From contig ML978133.1 in NCBI GenBank assembly GCA_010015805.1, forward strand, positions 620,001 through 684,000: a stretch of 64,000 nucleotides of DNA. The letters run 5' to 3'. The stretch's first letter is position 1, and every line of letters begins with the position of its first letter. Source of the stretch: Rhizodiscina lignyota (taxonomy: Eukaryota). A model generated the notes under the pieces. That model was not told the origin of the DNA. It saw only the letters and a program-made list of their open reading frames with translations, and did not search any database. Shown piece by piece: positions 48,732-59,572 of this stretch. A program made the position numbers and the translations under genes.

Positions 48732-48999
48732 GTTGAGAGCTTTTCTTAAAAGATGACCTTCAAAGGACCGTGGACAGTCTCTCTAAGATTTTTTCTAAAC
48801 CTCCGAAGGCGGTGAGTTTCTCCGCAAAAAGTTTTGCCGTTTGCCAAGACTTTGACTTCATGAAAATTCCCAAGTCCGACATCAACCCACATCCGTCCAA
48901 CGACTCACGCTTAAACAGCTACCTTTCTGCGAATTTAGAGGTGCTTTTATATGATGAGTGTGAGACTCATGTCACAAAGTCTATCCACCCTCTGTCACG

Positions 49000-51348
49000 A
49001 TGAACCCTCGCTACACTGGTCGCACGCGACCGACGAAGCCTAAGAAGCAAAACCGCATTCAGAAGCGCAAGCGCGACGATGTAGATGCCGACAAGCTCGC
49101 ACAAGCAGTGCAGGACCTAGATGTAAATGAGCCTTTTACCTCCTTCACCGACCTTCCGCTCTCCCAATCTACAAAGGCGGGCCTCAAATCGGCGCACTTC
49201 ACCACTTTGACCGATATCCAATCTCGTGCCATACCTCTCGCGCTCAAAGGCCACGATATCCTCGGCGCGGCGAAAACAGGCTCTGGGAAGACCCTCGCAT
49301 TTCTCATTCCAATCCTCGAGAATCTCTACCGCTCGCAATGTATCGGTGCAGACGCAGGTCTCGGCGCTATGATTATCAGCCCGACGAGAGAACTTGCTAT
49401 ACAAATATTCGATGTTTTGTGTAAGATTGGGCGGAAAGGACATTTATTCGCAGCTGGTCTCATCATTGGTGGGAAGAGTCTTCGGGAAGAGCAGGATGCT
49501 TTGGCGAGGATGAACATTGTAGTTTGCACCCCAGGGCGGATACTGCAGCATCTAAGCCAGACAGCAAGTTTCAGCTTCAGCGTGGACAGTTTGCAGATGC
49601 TGGTGCTTGACGAGGCGGATCGCATCTTGGACATGGGATTTCAGAGGGATGTCGATGCTATCATCGAATATCTACCTAAAGACCGACAAACGCTGCTCTT
49701 TAGTGCGACGCAAACGAAAAGAGTATCAGATCTAGCTCGATTGTCGCTTCAGGATCCCGAGTATATCTCTGTCCATGAGGCCGCCCCGACTGCCACTCCA
49801 CAAACGCTCCAACAAAACTACATCGTGACCCCTCTCCACGAAAAGCTAGATACACTATACTCCTTCATTCAGTCTGCGAAAAAGTCCAAGATACTTGCAT
49901 TCATGTCTAGTGGCAAGCAGGTCCGATTCGTGTACGAATCATTCCGCCATCTCCAACCCGGCATACCCCTTCTTCATCTCCACGGACGACAGAAGCAAAC
50001 GGCAAGATTGGATATTACGCAGCGATTCGCTGCTGCAAATGCATCCTGTCTCTTTGCTACCGATGTCGTCGCGCGTGGTCTAGATTTCCCAGCTGTCGAC
50101 TGGGTTGTACAGGTCGACTGCCCGGAAGACGCCGATACCTACATTCATCGAGTTGGCCGGACTGCGCGGTACGAGCGTGAGGGCCGGGCAGTGCTATTTC
50201 TCGAGCCTTCTGAAGAGGAAGGGATGCTCTCGCGTCTTGAATCGAAGAAGGTGCCAATAGAGAAGATTAATGTTAAGCAGAAAAAGAAGCAGAGCATCAA
50301 GGACCAGCTGCAGAACATGTGTTTCAAAGATCCACAGTTGAAGTATCTGGGCCAGAAGGCGTTCATCAGCTATACTAAGAGCGTATGGCTGCAGCCTGAC
50401 AAGGAGGTCTTCAAGCTGAAAGAGCTACCGCTGGAGGAATTTGCGACGAGCCTTGGATTACCCGGTGCGCCGAGGATCAAATTCCTGGGCACAGCGCAAA
50501 ACCAGGATGAGCAAAAGATGAAGAAGAATGCTCCGAGGAGAGGATTGAGTCCTGCGAGCAGCGATGAAGAGGAACTTGCCAATGACGGCGAATCGGAAAT
50601 GAAAGATGGCAAGAAAGACAAAGATGGCGTTAGGACGAAGTATGATCGAATGTTCGAGAGGAAGAATCAAGATGTGTTGGCGGAACATTACACGAAATTG
50701 ATTGGCGACGAGGAGGATACTGACGAAGCTCATGCGAATGGACTCAATGGCGACCATTTGGATGACGATGAAGAGCACGAAGAAGTGGGATTCTTGACCG
50801 TAAAACGACGGATTCCAGCACAAGACGCGACCTTTGGCCGTGTGGCACCGCAACCTCTACCAAATGGAAGGCAGCAGAGAACGGTGCATATTGAGGGCGC
50901 AGCACAACCTCTGATTGTCGATTCGAAACGTCGCGAGAAGCTACTCCAATCAAGAAAGAAGGTTACAAAGCTCAAAGACAAGGGAACGCGCACCGTTTTC
51001 GATGACGAAGGAAGACCACACGCTTTGTATGAGTTCGAAGACGAGGAAGGCTTCAAAGCGAAGGGCAAGCCGGAGGAACAGAGGGCAGCGTTTGAGGAGA
51101 GGGAAAAGGCTAGGGTACAGGCTGTAGATGTTACAGATAAAGCAGAGGCGAAGAGGAAAAGGAAGGAGAAGATATGGAAGCGTAAGGAGAGGGAGCGTGC
51201 AGAGGCTGAAGCTGGGGTTGAGATGGATGATGAAGACGAGGATGAAGAAGGGCGTTATGAGGGCACCAAGCAGATGAGAATTGAGGAGGATGAGCCAGAG
51301 GGAACACTCGAGGATTTGGAAGATATGGCTAAAGGTTTGTTCGGGTAG
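49000..51348 (+). CDS. DBP4: DEAD-box RNA helicase Dbp4 (Hca4/DDX10)
   Basis: [54 protein letters not shown] and [16 protein letters not shown]. Confidence 0.96.
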   Translation: MNPRYTGRTRPTKPKKQNRIQKRKRDDVDADKLAQAVQDLDVNEPFTSFTDLPLSQSTKAGLKSAHFTTLTDIQSRAIPLALKGHDILGAAKTGSGKTLAFLIPILENLYRSQCIGADAGLGAMIISPTRELAIQIFDVLCKIGRKGHLFAAGLIIGGKSLREEQDALARMNIVVCTPGRILQHLSQTASFSFSVDSLQMLVLDEADRILDMGFQRDVDAIIEYLPKDRQTLLFSATQTKRVSDLARLSLQDPEYISVHEAAPTATPQTLQQNYIVTPLHEKLDTLYSFIQSAKKSKILAFMSSGKQVRFVYESFRHLQPGIPLLHLHGRQKQTARLDITQRFAAANASCLFATDVVARGLDFPAVDWVVQVDCPEDADTYIHRVGRTARYEREGRAVLFLEPSEEEGMLSRLESKKVPIEKINVKQKKKQSIKDQLQNMCFKDPQLKYLGQKAFISYTKSVWLQPDKEVFKLKELPLEEFATSLGLPGAPRIKFLGTAQNQDEQKMKKNAPRRGLSPASSDEEELANDGESEMKDGKKDKDGVRTKYDRMFERKNQDVLAEHYTKLIGDEEDTDEAHANGLNGDHLDDDEEHEEVGFLTVKRRIPAQDATFGRVAPQPLPNGRQQRTVHIEGAAQPLIVDSKRREKLLQSRKKVTKLKDKGTRTVFDDEGRPHALYEFEDEEGFKAKGKPEEQRAAFEEREKARVQAVDVTDKAEAKRKRKEKIWKRKERERAEAEAGVEMDDEDEDEEGRYEGTKQMRIEEDEPEGTLEDLEDMAKGLFG

Positions 51349-51750
51349 GCGCTATGCAAGTATGCCAAGGGCATAAAGTTTGAAGCTCCATTGCGTATGG
51401 TCCACTCTCAACTTTGACTACTACGAAAAATCAGGGATGGAACATAGTTTGTCGTGGTTTTCAACTTTCCCGAGGTTGTCGTGGCCAGCCCGGCTTTCAC
51501 CAACACTACTTTATCATACAGCTACAACGCTCTTGTGCTGACAGTTGCTAATGGAGATGAGATGCGTCCTATTGATAATAACAGCTCTTCCCCTTGGAAT
51601 TAGCCCTCTTCTCAAGCTCCCCATACGATTGTAGTAAAATAAATCGGAAAATGCCCATTATACCAGCCCTCATGCCCCGACTGATGAAGTATGACCGCAT
51701 GATTTCCGGAAATCCTCTCCCCATAAAGATCTTGTCCCCGTCTTCTCACT

Positions 51751-53340
51751 CTATTCTTCTCTCTTTTCTATCTTCGGGAGGAAGAACCAGCTCGCGAGCA
51801 TAGCACTAAATAGCCCTATGCAAATAGGGTTAAGTACCCATGTTCCACTCACTCCTGCTAAAAGACCTGTTAAGAATGGCGCAACTGCACCTCCCGAGCT
51901 ACCAGCCGAGCTAATGAAGCTGATACTACTCGTCTGAATCTTCCTCGGTAAGAGCCTCGAAAATACTGCTTGTGCGCAAGGATATACAGGTCCAAGTAGT
52001 AATCCGACAAAACTCACAGCGACTGACGGTCCGATGACGTTTGGGATAAACCAAACGAGCACCTGGAGCACAGTTGCTCCGAGCGTCAGGCATATTACAC
52101 TTCTTTTCTCACCAATACGATAGCATACCGGCGACAGTAGAAACCGTCCAACTGCTATTCCTGCCCAAAAACCGGAACTGACGTATCCAACTTGTGCTGG
52201 ATTACCGTTACGGAAAGAGATAAGGAACGAAATCACCCAGCCCGAGATGCTAACTTCAGCACCTTGGTAGGCGAATATGAAGAGCGCGCCAATGAGTGTC
52301 GTCCTATTCCTTAATGCCTGCCAGAACAGCTGTCGCTTAGCTGACTGGCGCGCTTCTAGTCGGAGGTTGATTTGAGCCTCTTTCTCGTGGCGCCACCAAC
52401 TGAAAGCCACGGTGAAGACGCAAAGCACACGGAGGCCGAGCGTAACCAGCCAGTATCTGGTCCAGAGGATTCCGTTAGCGACGAAGGAGGTAGCGATAAT
52501 AGGACCAATGACACCACCAACGCCGTAACTGCCATGCGCTGCACCAAGTATAACAGTTCCTTGCGCGAGATTGGCGCAGAATACATTATTCAAGGCAGTA
52601 TTAATAGCCATACCGATTCCCTGAAACAGGTATGCGAGCACAACAACACCAAATGGCGGATTGCAGACAAGCAAGACGTATGCGAGGATAACCATAAGCT
52701 CGGAGAAAATCAGTGTTTTCGCACGGCCGACTTTGGATAAGATGATGTCCGCAAAGAGCGCTGCAAGGAGGTATCCAGCAGCTTGAGTGATGAAAATAGT
52801 CGACACAATGGCGTAGCCTATCTGGTAGTCCCTTTCGATGTACGGGATAAGCGCACCCGCTGCACTAGCTGTCATACCATTGGTCAATTGCTCGAAGCAT
52901 GCGGACAAGACGCGCCATTTATGGTAGGAGAAGCGCTGAACAACGTCGGTCGTAGTGTCTTGCTGTGGACTGTCTTGCTGCGGATTAGGCGGACGGCTTG
53001 CGAGGACGCCATTGGTAGTTTGAGCACCCGTGGGAGGGGCTTGTTTTGCTACATATGGAGTTTGATATCCATTGTCTGGCGGTCGCTCCTCGCTTGGGCT
53101 AGGCGGAACCGCAGAATCAGATGGGATGTCCGGGCCATTGTAACGAGTACCCCAAGTGAGCTCATCAAGTTCGACAGGTGAAGGAGCTTGAGCTACTCTC
53201 TGGGCAACGGGCGAAGGGGCTTGAGCTACTCTTTGGACAGCGGGCGAAGGTCGAGTGATTCTCTCAGGATGGCTTTCAATGTCGACGACGGCGCCGAAAG
53301 CTGTGGCGTAAAAAGACATGATGTTCGGTTTGTGGACCAA
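51751..53340 (-). CDS. MFS transporter (FucP/Bsc6-like)
   Basis: About 12 hydrophobic segments, GALIPYIE..Y, HGSYGVGGVIGP, FIFAYQGAEVSISGW and GPVYP. The start may be Met at 53319. Confidence 0.9.
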   Translation of the reverse strand: MVHKPNIMSFYATAFGAVVDIESHPERITRPSPAVQRVAQAPSPVAQRVAQAPSPVELDELTWGTRYNGPDIPSDSAVPPSPSEERPPDNGYQTPYVAKQAPPTGAQTTNGVLASRPPNPQQDSPQQDTTTDVVQRFSYHKWRVLSACFEQLTNGMTASAAGALIPYIERDYQIGYAIVSTIFITQAAGYLLAALFADIILSKVGRAKTLIFSELMVILAYVLLVCNPPFGVVVLAYLFQGIGMAINTALNNVFCANLAQGTVILGAAHGSYGVGGVIGPIIATSFVANGILWTRYWLVTLGLRVLCVFTVAFSWWRHEKEAQINLRLEARQSAKRQLFWQALRNRTTLIGALFIFAYQGAEVSISGWVISFLISFRNGNPAQVGYVSSGFWAGIAVGRFLLSPVCYRIGEKRSVICLTLGATVLQVLVWFIPNVIGPSVAVSFVGLLLGPVYPCAQAVFSRLLPRKIQTSSISFISSAGSSGGAVAPFLTGLLAGVSGTWVLNPICIGLFSAMLASWFFLPKIEKREE

Positions 53341-54139
53341 CTTGAGTAGAGAATCAAAGAGAAGGTGGAAATACCGAAGCTTGGAATTCCTTTTAAGAAT
53401 CCGCCTCTCACCTGAGAAGCGCGATTTTATGAGTCAAGGTCGCATAATTCTGTCTATGACACCCCCTGAAGTTGATGATGAGCCCAATCGACGCAAGGAA
53501 GGGCACTTTTTGCCGTATCCGCAAGTGCCAGAAGGTCTAGGAAAGGACTTGCTTTCCATTCTCCTGTCACGCGCTTTTCAACGCAAAGCTCTCGCGCGAG
53601 AGCCCAGTCCCCAAAGGGATCTTTTCAGAAGCTGGGGAAGTCTTGTTCGTATCCACTTATGCATAGCCTGGGGAAATCTCGATCCATATCACGTGGCAGC
53701 GGAAATAAATCCGTTAAGTGTTCCGTGAATCGTACCTTTGAGAGAAGTTAAATGTCTGACAAGAAGTGCGATAGCATCTGGACTTACGGCACTGTAGACT
53801 ATACGCTGCTAGCACAGATGTTAAGAAATTGATCTTTAATTAAGTAAAAGGTCGGTAATAGAGTTGAGCTACAAGGATCAACCTCATCAGGCGATGAGAG
53901 TCAGCCCGGTTCGCTGGACAGGTTGTATCAGCCATCTCTATTGACGGGGAAATAGCATTTATAAGAGAATTCTATCGATGCAGAACTGCTAACGGCTTAT
54001 GTCTCATGTACTGAATCCCACAATGGCTGTGCGGCATGCGAAGCTGACGAAGCACATATGTCTCTTTGCATGTGCATATATCTAAAGCTTATGTCCATGT
54101 ACAACCGCCGCAAAAATATTGGTATCGTAGAAGTCGAAA

Positions 54140-54748
54140 TCAAACATCTTTCCCAATCACTCCTTGGCCCTCATCACAGTCCTCCAGCTTGATGAACCTC
54201 ATCTGTACCGGCCCGCACTGCCCGCCAATACTCTGATCGTACAGGTTGTAAAAGGTGCCGCTTAAACATTGGTAGAATGTCTTGCTCCCACCGAGCGCTA
54301 TTGTGTCATCATCGCATACGGAGAAGCCGGCTGTGTAAATGGCTCCGGCTTGCGGTGGCCCATCGAATTGGAATTGCCTGTTCGACGCAATGTACGCTGT
54401 CCTCTGTTTGTCGTCTTTCATGATGGTGTTCGAAAGAGTCATGGTGAGTGTGTTGTTGTTGCGGCAGGCCACCGGGGTGGAGTCGCTGTCGGCTCTTTTC
54501 ATTCTCTCAGTGTCTCTCTTCTGGCGTTCCGCTTTGGAGGATGGAGTCGCCGCGGCTGATGTTGTAGCAGAGGTGGAAGTGCTGATTGGTACGATGGCCA
54601 TGCCGAATTCCCCAGCATAAGAAGCATGGCAACCAGATGGCGCTGGAGCAGCAGGAGCGATGGCTGAAGTGACGGCTTGCGGGTAAGGCGAGGCGCTCGC
54701 AGCGGCCACAAGGCCAAGTAGAATACTGGCAAAGCGCCTCATCGTCAT
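54140..54748 (-). CDS. Secreted Pir/Cis3-like cell wall protein
   Basis: Signal peptide, KR dibasic sites and the Pir C-terminal domain YIASNRQFQFDGPPQAGAIYTAGFSVC...FYQCLSGTFYNLYDQSIGGQC. Confidence 0.9.
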   Translation of the reverse strand: MTMRRFASILLGLVAAASASPYPQAVTSAIAPAAPAPSGCHASYAGEFGMAIVPISTSTSATTSAAATPSSKAERQKRDTERMKRADSDSTPVACRNNNTLTMTLSNTIMKDDKQRTAYIASNRQFQFDGPPQAGAIYTAGFSVCDDDTIALGGSKTFYQCLSGTFYNLYDQSIGGQCGPVQMRFIKLEDCDEGQGVIGKDV

Positions 54749-57700
54749 AGAATGATATCAACCAGTTACCATTATCTAAAGTGACTGAAAATGGCCGCGA
54801 GAGCAACTCTACAGAAAGACTGAGCCGGCAGAATAAAGTAACTGGATGCTGATGACATTCAAGAACAGAGATGAAGAGGCAGAGCAGAGCACAAAGCCAG
54901 TTTTTGTTGACATCACACAAGGACGGTCAAGATTCTCAGGGTGAAAACAGGGTGGCTGCTGTGCATTCCAACCTGCCGCTCGGAGGACGTCATTGGCACA
55001 TGTGCATGAATTTCTTGTGGAGCAGGATCAAGCAAGTCCAGCGTTTCGGTGCAAGCTGTTTCATTTCGCACGGCGGGCAGCAAGTCGGAGGTTGGAGCGC
55101 GCGTGGATGTTTCGCAAACGTTTTAAATGGAGGGATCGGGATCGGCGTCAGGGGCAAGTTGGGTGACACGGTGGCTGGCTTAGGGTTAGGGTCGGTAATT
55201 TCGGCGCTAAACCAAATAAGGAGAGGAATGAGCTGCGTTTCAGCTCACTTTCATCAAATGTTCCCTTTTCTCTCGTCATCACGCTCTTCTTCAGATGATA
55301 AACACATACTCCTCCCCGCAGTGAGATGCGGGTCCGTCATATTGCTCCACTCTGTTCTCAATTGGCATTCTGTTACTTTCTTTACGTAGACCAATACTCT
55401 GGCGTCGATCCCAGCCGTACTCTAGCCTCTGCAACGCCACATTCTCCTAGCTTGCAACATGTATATTGTCTATGTTCTTCGTAATGTCATCTAATGTGAT
55501 TGCACAGCGAGATTTCCTGATAGTTTCAGAATCTTGAGAATCCATCAGCCTTATGTATTCTCTCAAATGTGGACTTCATAGCGGACTCTCTGCTGTATTA
55601 GACGATGCGTGTCGTCACTGAAGACGATATACGAATCCGCACACTACCCAATAGTATGCATGAAGAGATGATCTCAGCATCATGGAGACTCCCATATACA
55701 ATATCGCCCGTCACTGGCAGGCCGGAGTCAAAGTTCACCCTGTGTGCGAATTTTGCAGGCAGTCGGAGATGTGCATTGCAACATAGAACAGCTCATCGGA
55801 CGGAGTATCCGACGGCTCACGGTGTTACTGGATGAATCATTTAGCCTATTAGACGAGAGACTTCCAGAGTTGTCTTTCGACGCGAATCATACGTATACTA
55901 CGCTGCGTATATGCATCGCGAAACGTATACGGTCAATCGAGCGCAGCCGCAAAGTCCAGTTGACGAGGCCCAAACTACGAATTAAAGAGAGTCTGACCTG
56001 GAAGAGGACGTTACAGTCAATAATCAATCTCACTTGTTTCCCATGGACAATTCACATCTGTCGGCCGCAGATTTTTTCGGTACAAATGTAGTATCCGGTC
56101 ACTTACCTGCTGCGGCTTCGCTTACTATGACCCAGGCTGTGGTTTCGCACGTTTTAATGCCCTCGTTAGGCAACAACTCATCTGGTAATGCCCCTGGATG
56201 TTGGCAAAGGCATCGAAAGCGAGTGTGATGAATCTGATGGCGGATATTTTCAGTCGGCGCCATTTCAGGGATCCACATTGATGCTGAACTGGCCCTGTAA
56301 GGGTAGAGTCATTTACGGACCAGGCACTGGCACTCTTGTCTTGATGGATTAGAGGTAACTGTTAACCGGCCTTAACCACATGCTTTTAAACTCTGTTCGA
56401 GCCCTTGTCTCCTTTCTTGACATTTCCATTGCAAAATAAAGCCAAAAAAAAAGGGACACCCAATATTGGAAGTGTGCTGGAGGGGCTGGATGTCTTCTCT
56501 ACCATACCAGGGTATCTGCTGCAGCGATGGTGATGATAAGTAAGAGGCGAAGGTGCTGGTGGTAAGTGAGCGGTGGTGGTGATGGGTGGGGCGGTAGTAA
56601 GGGCGGATGGGGTGATGGAGATTAGAGTAAGCGAGAGATGGTGGTAGAGGGGTTCTCTATCATTAGAACAGAGAGGGGATCATTATCAGAACAAGGAGAT
56701 GGTCATCAACGAACATCAGCGCTGACCAGATGACCCGACTTCTTTCTTAATGCTAATCGCAATTGCTTTATCTCTCATCCTCAATCGAGCGGCCAATTTT
56801 CGGTAATCTGTGATCTGCGCAATTTGGGTGCTCTCCTGGAGCACTTTAAAGACAATTCCATTGTTCAGAATCACCGGGATCTTCTCTTCGTTCGGAATTT
56901 TTCCAGAACGTTTGGGCCTCTCAGGGTGATCGCCAGACTCAACAAAAGTTTCTTTGTAATGTGCAGCCTTGCAAGGTATGAGTAGCAAACATAAACAATT
57001 GTGGTGATAAAGTGCTTGCGTGATTTTCGCATAGCATTCGTGATGATGACCGACCAATCAGACACCACCTTGGAGAGTAACCTTGGCAGAAAAGCTTGGT
57101 TAAAAGCTTATGATCTCGTCCGTCATTGAAAATCTTTTGGCAGTTCAATTTACACATAATGAGTTCTTGGGGGAAATGCTTGGACAGGCAAGTGAGATAT
57201 CATTTCTGTTTCTCTTATATCTAAGCAGTCCCTTCGTGTAATCTTGTTATCTGAAGCAGATGTGGCAGGTGCATCTCCCTCATTTACATCGAAGCCGAGT
57301 CTTTGCCCTTTTTCAATCATTCATATGTAAAGGCTCCATCTCCGACTGTCGTATAAAATGATCTGATAGACAGATCAACTTTTGCTTCTTGCATTCCATT
57401 TCGAGTCCATGGGCCAGGACAGAGGCTTCGTTCACCTAGCAACAGTTCACACCACCGCAGTCGAGCACCGGCGTGCCGCAAGGAACACATTCACATGGGC
57501 CAATGCCATCTCCGCACTAATTGTCTATCAGCAAGTGTCAACAAAAAACACGGTCTACATACGGAGAATTGACCATCCGGGCAGCAATGCTGGCCGTCGC
57601 CGCCAGGGCATCCGGCACTGGCATATCCGGCCGCGAAGGCAAGGACGATCAGGGAGAGGAAACGCATCGTCGGAATTTCGAGATTGGAAAGGTGATCTTG

Positions 57701-59572
57701 AGATAGTAGTTGGGCAGAAAGGTAAGGCGCTTCTGTGGAGTGAGGACACAGAATTCAAAATAGCCAAGAGCTCGCTCGTTTTATAGTCACATTTTCCACA
57801 AGCCGGCGGAGTTGGTCATGTCCTTTTACCCCGGCAGACCGGTCCTGCCTTCCTATTGCTTATTATCCATGCGTTATTTCTTGCATTGCTTTTAAGCCCA
57901 CAGCGTCACTATACGACGCATCTAGATGTTGGCTTGGCAGATCTTCTCCGTCTCTGGCAATCGACACATGTAAAGTTCAGGCTCGCGTGCACGAAAGAGC
58001 GAAAGCTGTTGGACTCCTCACTGCGGCTGAATGGGAGATTCTGACTCCAAGTGTACCGGGCCACTAGAATCGAAGAAGAGCGTTCCGTCTTCGGGGCTTT
58101 CAGCTGGTTGTCGCATGTCGAAGGATCGAATAATGTGGGGATTCAACTCAGCTACCCCGAGCGGTAGGAGGTGATTGGAAGGCTCACCGTAGAGGAGAAA
58201 CAGAAAGTCGATGCTCAAGCCGGTCACATTCTTGTCTGTGGAACACAGGATTGCGGAGTTTTCTCGAGTGAGTTGATGCTGTTTATCCAACAAAGAGCTA
58301 ATCCGCCCTTGCATAGTACCTTGTTATACTATGCAGCTTCTGCGTACGTGGCCCGCCGTATAGGCTGAGCCACCTTCCTCGATCGTTAAAGGCCGCATTG
58401 AAGACCGCGTTACTGTGCAGATGCATAAGCTGTAGTGGCTGTTGTAGAAGGAAGCGGATGGGGAGGCGTCGCAGAGCGGTTCACCCGCAGCCATCCGACG
58501 CTTGCGGAAGCATCCAACCTTGATGAACTTGCTCAAAAAGCGCAGCATGTGCTAAAGAGTTTAATATTTTGTCCCCTCGCATATTGGAGATACCACTGAG
58601 GCAATTGTCTCGCCAGCAATGCGTATAACAATTAAACAATTAGCAATTTAATAGTCAGCAATTTCGATTCTTACTTGTGGTCGGGCGATATCCCACAACC
58701 AACAAAGTTAGGTGGGGCAGTACCGAAGTTCAGGTGGGGTAAGCTCCTGGTACTGGTTGATCTCCGCTGTGCTTCCCGCTCCCGCTGTACATAGCTGTCA
58801 CTTCGTATCACTCCATATATCTCCGACAAAAGCGAACATCATTCACTTTTCAACCCATGACAAGGACACATCCGCTGTTCAAATTTGCCTATGTCTATAG
58901 ATCTCAATATCGCCTGAGTTCCGCCGTACTAGGCTAACCTGTAATGCAGATCGAGCCACATTGTCAGTCCCCATGCGAGCCCACTAGCTTTAAACCCCCT
59001 CGCAGCAGGATTGTATCCTTGCTGATGAAGAAAGTCACCTGCATCTTGAACGATAGCATGAGAATAACACTCCGCAAATTACTGAGTTAGGTAAAGCGTT
59101 CGGGGGATCGCTAGCAGGCATATCGTACTTGATCTGTCCCGTCTCTGTACTCCGTACATAACAAATGGATGCAATTTCAGAACCACCTCGCTTAAAATCT
59201 AGACGGCTCCTTCTCCGCTCCAATTCTGTGTCTGTAGGGGGTCAACTTCCTCGCTCTCAAAGTAGCGTGTTGGGACCCTCGGCTCGCATGCCCACGTAGG
59301 ATGCATTTGCTAATATACGGAGTCTACTTGTGGCTCTTACGCAGACTTGTAAAAAGTTTAAGCCATCTCCATTCCATAGGGCGATCTGGAACTGCATTTG
59401 TAGGGGTGATGATTTTATAGCTTCAACTTTATCAAGGGAGCTTGCGCAACATATTAGGCACGCAATTGTTCACGCTACTGCCTTCTTCATGCGAGTTTCT
59501 ACTATACTCGAACCAACTATATGTTTTTGCTTCATGAGACGCTTGTTTGCTAGTCTAAGCTACTGAACGTGC

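Noticed and set aside
55180..55191. TTAGGGTTAGGG as a telomerase RNA template or interstitial telomere
   Set aside because: Only two units. A minus-strand telomerase RNA would run through the Pir-like CDS about 430 nt downstream, so a promoter motif or chance is more likely.
54871..55389. 172-aa plus-strand ORF
   Set aside because: Lies in the Pir-like gene's promoter and 5' UTR, with no domain or coding-like composition.
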